A DNA stretch of 64,000 bases from Takakia lepidozioides (Eukaryota > Plantae > Bryophyta). Below are positions 57,905-64,000 of this stretch, piece by piece. Location of the stretch: assembly GCA_030704615.1 (NCBI GenBank), contig CM060734.1, positions 30,380,001-30,444,000 on the forward strand. Reading direction: 5' to 3'. Every line of letters starts with the position of its first letter. Positions within the stretch are counted from its first letter, which is position 1. Under the pieces are notes generated by a model, which saw only the letters and a list, made by a program, of their open reading frames with translations, was not told where the DNA came from and searched no databases. Made by a program: the position numbers and the translations under genes.

Positions 57905-60900
57905 ATGCAAACTCCAAACTGGGCTTTTGGGCCTGCAACGGACGCCATGCAAACTCAGTTATCTGGTTTTTACCGCTCAGCCAAGAAGGCCTTGGGTGGG
58001 AAAGAAAGGGGTAGTGCCTGTCAAAAAGCAACAACCAAGCCTGTCGGATGTTGGCGAGACATGAAAGATGAAGATAAAGCTCTCGAAAAGTTTCCCAAAC
58101 GTCACCATGGAGCTAAAAGGTGCAGGACCCGGGAGCTCCAAGTGAATGCCGATGCTCCCTCTGTAGAGACATCGGTAGAGAATGTGAGCGCACTGCATTC
58201 CCGCGAGAAGGCTCTCCCGTGCGCAAATGCTCAAACTGCTACCTTTCTCTTGAGCACTTCAGTATCCGGAACAGCATGTGTCGAAATGAAGGAGAAGACG
58301 GTTCCCCCAGCAGAGACAGAGACAGGTGGTGAGCTTCTTGAGACGAAACGAGACATTGTCCCCTTGCTCGAGAGGTCGGCTCCGGATAAAGCACAGTGCA
58401 TGCAGCTGAAAGAGGCCAGAAAGGAGGGTACTGCTTCGGTTGGTCTATCTACCAATGCAGGAAATGTGGATGGATCACCTGGCTGCGACCTTCGCAGGCG
58501 ACTTTCTCCTCGGGATGTTTCACTCTTAACTGCAGGGAGTGCACATAGTCCAACAGTGGCAGCTAGGGTCTCAAATCAACCGAAGGTTGTCCCCAAAGAG
58601 AAAGTAGATTCTGTGGGTGAGCTCGACCTGTCTTTAATTCCTGAAGACCCACGTCTTCATCGCTCGTTAGAGTCATCATCCTGTAGGGACACGGAAGTTG
58701 ATTCACCGTGTTCATCCGATACGACAGAGAGCAGTGAGTGTCAATCGGCAGACAGCGATGGTAGGGATACTAGCAGTGATGAATCAAGTGACGAAGGAAT
58801 TCAGAAGGCAGGGAACGTTTTTAGACTGAAGTCACTCAAGAAGAAATGTAGCTCAAAGGTCAAACTCGAAGTGCTTCGTAGAAATAGCAATCCAGGGAGG
58901 CGCATGGTTGGTCGTCGCATATATGATTCAGTACTGGGAAAGACATGCCATTGGTGCCGCCAGAAGACGGTGGAGGATCACGTTAAGTGTGCGATATGTC
59001 CGATCCGCTTCTGCCGGATGTGCCTCTTGAATAGGAACGGGGAGAACATTCGCAAAGAGATGCGCGAAGGGGCTCGATGGATTTGCCCAAAGTGCCGGGG
59101 AGGTTGTGGCATTGGCTGTGACAACTGGTATGTTTTCAGTCTGCAAGTGTAGCATTGTCTTCAGTGAACCAACACTTAATTCAACGGCCTCACTAAGATT
59201 TCAAACCCATACCAATCAAATGTCAAATCCTGGAATCAGTGTTGGAAGTGAGTCTGAAGGTGTAAATTCTATAGCTTTTCAGAGCCTTTTCTAAGTTAAG
59301 GACAGACTGCATGCTGCTGGGCAATCAAAGTACTTTTTTGGTCTCTGGTTGCAACCTGGCGATACTGTCACTTGCTATCTCATTTGCATTCTCTACCATT
59401 TTGTTGGGGTCTGCTGCAAGGTCGTGGCTATCCAATCTGTCGTTTTTCAGCTACGAGCCTCCATTCCGTCCTCGTGACCTGGGGGGCTTGTGTTCTAGGC
59501 CATTTTTGTTTTACAGGCAATCTCGATTGCACCGGTATCTCAACAACTTCTAAGTGGAGCTGTCACAATTGGTATTTTCGTGTCATGTGCAGAGGCTTCA
59601 ATCAGGTTAAAGACCTTGTTACCTAGTTACGAGGTTGAGGGTTTAGGCTGCATAGATGGTTGGAGAGACTGAGGAATAAATGCCCAGGACTGGATTGTTG
59701 TGGTTGTGTGCAAGTGTTCTGGCAGTTTATTACCCAGTGGGTGGAAACCCCAGCAAGGGTAAATAACCTTTGTTGATGATCCCGGGAAGGATACGCTTAG
59801 TCAATGTTCACAGGGTAAGGATGCAATAGTGTAAAGTATGTTTGAAACAAAGGAAATTTGGCTGGCAGTTGCAACTGTGGACCATGCCGCAAGGAACAAG
59901 GGTTGGAGCCAACAGGCCAACTTGTTCGATTGGCACGAGCAGCAGGATTCTGCAATGCGCATGACTTTCTGGTTCATCAGGAGACTGATGAATCAGCTGA
60001 AGCCATCGCATCCCGCAAGGTGGGCCGGGGTTGGACAAACTGTGTTAAATCCGATGAAACAGATGAGTCTGAATCAGAATCTGGTGATGGTAGTGGCTTG
60101 GATGGAAAGGAGGATTATGCATCAAGGGCTGAGGCTCGCAGTGAAGTAAGAGCTGGGAAAGCTCATGGATTGAAGGGGAAGGCTAAAGAGCTGTTGGTAT
60201 GTATCAATTGCCTGATTTTCATATTTATTTAGACCTGCCAGTGAGTCGGTTTTTATGTGTTGCCATAACTTTCTCACTCCATGTGTCTTCCATCCTCATG
60301 CTTTCAGTCTATGTCCTCTCTCTGCAGAGTTTACTCTCTGACTTCCTCGCATGTGTGCCACATTGTTGTGTGGCAGGGGGGTAAGAGAATGCGAGGTGCT
60401 GTGGATGTTCATCCCTCTGTATTACTGCGAAAGCAGACGAGAGCTGCTGTACAAGTAGCAGATAATGTTTTGGCTAGAAGTGGGGACCCGCCACGCACAA
60501 CTATAGATGATCCAAGAGTCAAAAGGGAGCCAGTTGACTTCTCACCGTCTAAGAGAGAGCCCCATGATGAAGATAAAATAAAGACATGTGCAAGTGCAGA
60601 CAATCTGAAGTGCAAAAGGGAGCCAACTGACTACTTGCCGTGTAAGAGAGAGCCCTGTGACGAAGGGAATGCTCTATTGGGTGCTGGGGATCTGGACAAT
60701 CCAGTTAGGTACCCAGTGTGTAAAATGGAACCTGTGGATGCAAATGAGTTGCTGCCACCCTCAATTTCACTCAAAATCAAAGTTGAGAAAGTTGAGGAGT
60801 ATGCTGGGGTTGCCTGTCCCCCAATATCTCCCTCCACAAATTCCTTGCCCTCTTCATCAGCATGTAGAAATATCTTTTCTGGTCCTAAAGCTCTACAATT

Positions 60901-62356
60901 CACTAATTCACCCAAAATCTCACAAATACTAAAAACACTTGGATCTCGGTTTCACACACCTCCACTTGAATTGGACAACACTAGGATTACAAAAGATTGT
61001 GGGGCAGGTCTGTATGGGGTGGTTGAAAAAGAGCCCAGGTGTACAGATGAGAGGGAAATGGCCAATGATGTCTCGAGCTTGGCAGGTGGAGATGAGTGTG
61101 ATGGAAAGACTGCCCATGCTGCTCCTCTGATGAAAGTGAAAGTTGAGAGAGAAGAGGACAATGCGTCTTTACCCTATATTTCCACAGAGTGTTGTGAGGA
61201 GGCTCAAACCTGTGGTATTTCCACCCAAAGTGGAGTTTTGCAAGACAACAGCTTGTGTGAAGGGCAGGAATCTCCACTTGAGGTTCATGAGGGTGACTGT
61301 TCTGTCCTGAATAGTGAGTCCAGTCCCAGCACAAATAACACTCTTGTTGAGGGTAATAGACGTGGGGAGAATGAGACCCCCTCACTTCCAGCAGGTGGCC
61401 TGGCAGTCTCTTCCAATGGGGAAGAACTTCTACCTCGAGGATCACACATGCTACAGAAATTGGTGAGTGTACGGACTCCCTGGTGGCAGCGTTTAATTTC
61501 TGTTCAAGGTTTGCGATGTCCTTAGCAATGTGGACTTTTTAATTCAGATATATTGCGCACATGTCATTTTCTTCACTTACCAGATATCTGAATGATGAAG
61601 CTGGTCAATGTCACAGGAGGGGGCAGCAGAGAAAGCAGCAAGTAATTGGAGCATTCCAAATGGTTTTCAAGCAAAAGAATATGGTAAAAAGCTTGAAGCA
61701 ACACTAGCAAAGCCATTTGAAACAACAGAGCTGTCTGACAAGTGGGACCTTGCTAATCGCCGGACACCCGTATTGCGGCTGCGCCAAACACGGGGACGAT
61801 CAGTCCATGTACCCACCAAGGAGGAAGGCTTCTCCTACCTTGACCACCATCCTGGTACTACCATCTTATACAATATCCTCTACCACTGGCTGTCTTTTCC
61901 TCATCTGGTTGTGACTGTCTCTATTTCTCTGGTGGTCCCCCTGTCAAGAGTATGAAGTTTTACTTCTGCTCTTTCTCACCCTCTCTCTGACCCCTCTTGG
62001 ATATTGTTAGTCTATTTTCTTTCTCTCTACTATCTGCTCAGGGAATGGTTAATCTGGTGATGTACTTGTTTATCCATCTAGCTCTTCTGTTGCTCTCCCA
62101 CATGTTGTATTTTGCTATGCCACCGCTCTTAATGTCCTTTCCCAAGAATTTGGGCTGTGAAACAACCTTGACCTTGACTGAGGTTCTTGCACTACAATTC
62201 TTATGTTTACTTGTTTCCATTTACTTATATTCAGTAGCTGAGCAAAGTTAAGCAGAGGTATGGCTGGTGTGGACAGACTTAGCTGGGAGGCTGGCAGAGA
62301 CTAGTAGTTCAGAGGACAAGTTGCGATTGTTGCGCGGTTTTTTCTTCTGGCTTCAG
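57905..62356 (+). CDS. zf-4CXXC_R1 (CDCA7/JPO1-like) zinc-finger protein with a conserved plant C-terminal SYLDH..LLRGFFFWLQ region; 3' end unresolved
   Basis: Predicted exons 57905-59127 (start uncertain), 59869-60196, 60377-61462, 61617-61854, 62277-62356. Motif RIYDSVLGKTCHWCRQKT..CAICPIRFCRMCLLNRNGE..WICPKCRGGCGIGCDNC|CNCGPCRKEQGLEPTGQL. Confidence 0.85.
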
Positions 62357-64000
62357 GTATGTTACTGATGCGTCTCTGCACAGGTTGATGTTGTTGCCAG
62401 TTTGTTGAGGTTTTCATGCGACAATGCTGCCACTGAATCTGAAGAAAAGATTTGCCAATTGGATGCAGCATTCATGCATGGATGGTGCTTATAAGCCATG
62501 GGCTCCTCGACCTCTTGGTCAAAGTGGAAGTGAGGATTGTGTTGAGACTGATGGCCCAGAATGTGAGGTATGATCAATCTCTTGGACTTAGCTTTGGAAT
62601 ATCTGTCCAACTGGATGGAATATCTGTCCAACTGGATGCAGACATGTTTTCTTATGCCTTATGTGGGTCAAGTAGACTCGGTTGCTAAGGTAATGCAAAG
62701 TTCCACCACTCATATCTTGATATTGTGCCTCCCTCTTTGCACTACTTGTCCATGACCAGTGCACATAAGGAAAACAAATTTCAGTCAACCCCCTGAAGTT
62801 GACGCCATATACCTCAGCGCTGGTCAAAATCGCCTTGCATTGTGACCCTGGCACTCCCTCTATCTGGGGTGAGGGGGTTTGTGGCCACCGCAAATAGGGG
62901 ACTCTTGGGCTCCACTGGTCACAGGAAGCTCCATAACCTGCTATGATAAGTCTTTAAGATATCTACAACCTACTACAGGCATTGCTTCTATGTGATAGAA
63001 GCAAAAGGACAACTTTCTGATGGTAGCTTCCGCTCTCAACTGGTGGCACATAGCAAGGCTTGCTGGTTTGACCCCTCGAGTGACCTGCTCTCTGGCCTAC
63101 ATTATCCATGGGTGAGGGGGTCACATGGAAGTAGTGTAGGTCGAGTGCCCGCGTGAGGGGATTTGCCTGTCAGGGTTACTGGCTAGAGGCAGCAAGAGGG
63201 TAGAAGCCTCTAGAGCAAGGGTGCTGAGGTTAGAAAGATTCCAGTGAAGCTTCCATGAAGAGGTGATTGGAAGCATGTTTAAGTAGGGATCCTGAAGAAG
63301 GCTAAAGACTGTGTCTCTCTTGTCATTGTCATTTAAACTCAGGGCGGGAAGCCTATCTCTGAACAATGAACAGATGCAGAGAGGAAGAAGATATTGTAAT
63401 TGCCCAATGTGTGGGCAGGCTGAAGACAATATCCTTATACATTGTCCAGGATGTTCTCACCAGAGAGTAATCCTCTTCAGGACGATCAAGAACATTGTCC
63501 CTGCACCTATGTTCACCAACTTTCAATATCTTGAGGCTGAGCCCAAAGCCCTGGCCCAGTTGGTGTCTAATTTCTGGGCAGCTCATACACAGCAAGTTGA
63601 TGCTTGTGTGACTCTTTCTAGAGGTTATCTGGAAAACCCGAACTAATTGTCTCTGTAAGTCGCACTACTGGAGTGAGCCCTTCGCAAAGGTAGTTTCTGT
63701 TTGCTTCTGTTCCGCCCAAACTGGGTTTGGGGACTATGCCCACAAAGCTATGGCAAACAACGGCTTATGAGTACATTCTCTCTTGTCATTGAACACTTTA
63801 TAGTGTATAGTCCATACATATAAGTACATCACAGTGCCACTTGTGGCTGGTGGGACTACCATTGAAATGTCCCTGGAGAGGTCTTTGTGGACTACTGAGA
63901 GTTTGCAGTCCCCTAATGATTGGGCTCTTTGCAGGATGCTTGAAGGATAGATGAAACTGATGGGTATTTCTTCCTCTCTTAAGATGCTAATTTAAGCTGA

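Noticed and set aside
62593-62638. 21-bp tandem duplication GGAATATCTGTCCAACTGGAT
   Set aside because: Ordinary intronic slippage duplication.
63100-63700. Possible degenerate integrase remnant in the last intron
   Set aside because: Similarity too weak to call without a search.

Overview
Eukaryotic land-plant DNA. A non-seed plant is an inference from transposon content and gene structure; the species cannot be determined. About 1.5-40.8 kb is a deeply nested transposon island. An old, degenerate Ty3/gypsy chromovirus hosts a younger full-length chromovirus (2679-9695, TSD ATTGA), several MITEs, a CACTA transposon and four insertions of one unusual Ty3/gypsy-type family. That family is the main finding, and four features can be read directly from the sequence. 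(i) Its polyprotein carries a complete DNMT3-like C5-cytosine methyltransferase domain between protease and RT, in the RT reading frame. (ii) It has a DDE integrase ending in a PHD finger. (iii) It lacks ordinary paired LTRs and instead has split direct repeats (A1-internal-B1-A2-B2), bounded by TGTC...GACA with 4-bp TSDs, with a palindrome GACAGCTGTC at the internal B/A junction. (iv) It has a Tf1-like self-complementary primer site instead of a tRNA PBS. I infer integration from a circular intermediate opened inside the LTR. The right part (43.8-64 kb) holds two intron-containing host genes: a JmjN-JmjC-C5HC2-FYRN-FYRC H3K4 demethylase and a zf-4CXXC_R1 (CDCA7-like) protein, separated by a foldback MITE. 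All calls were made by eye; no alignment or database search was run.
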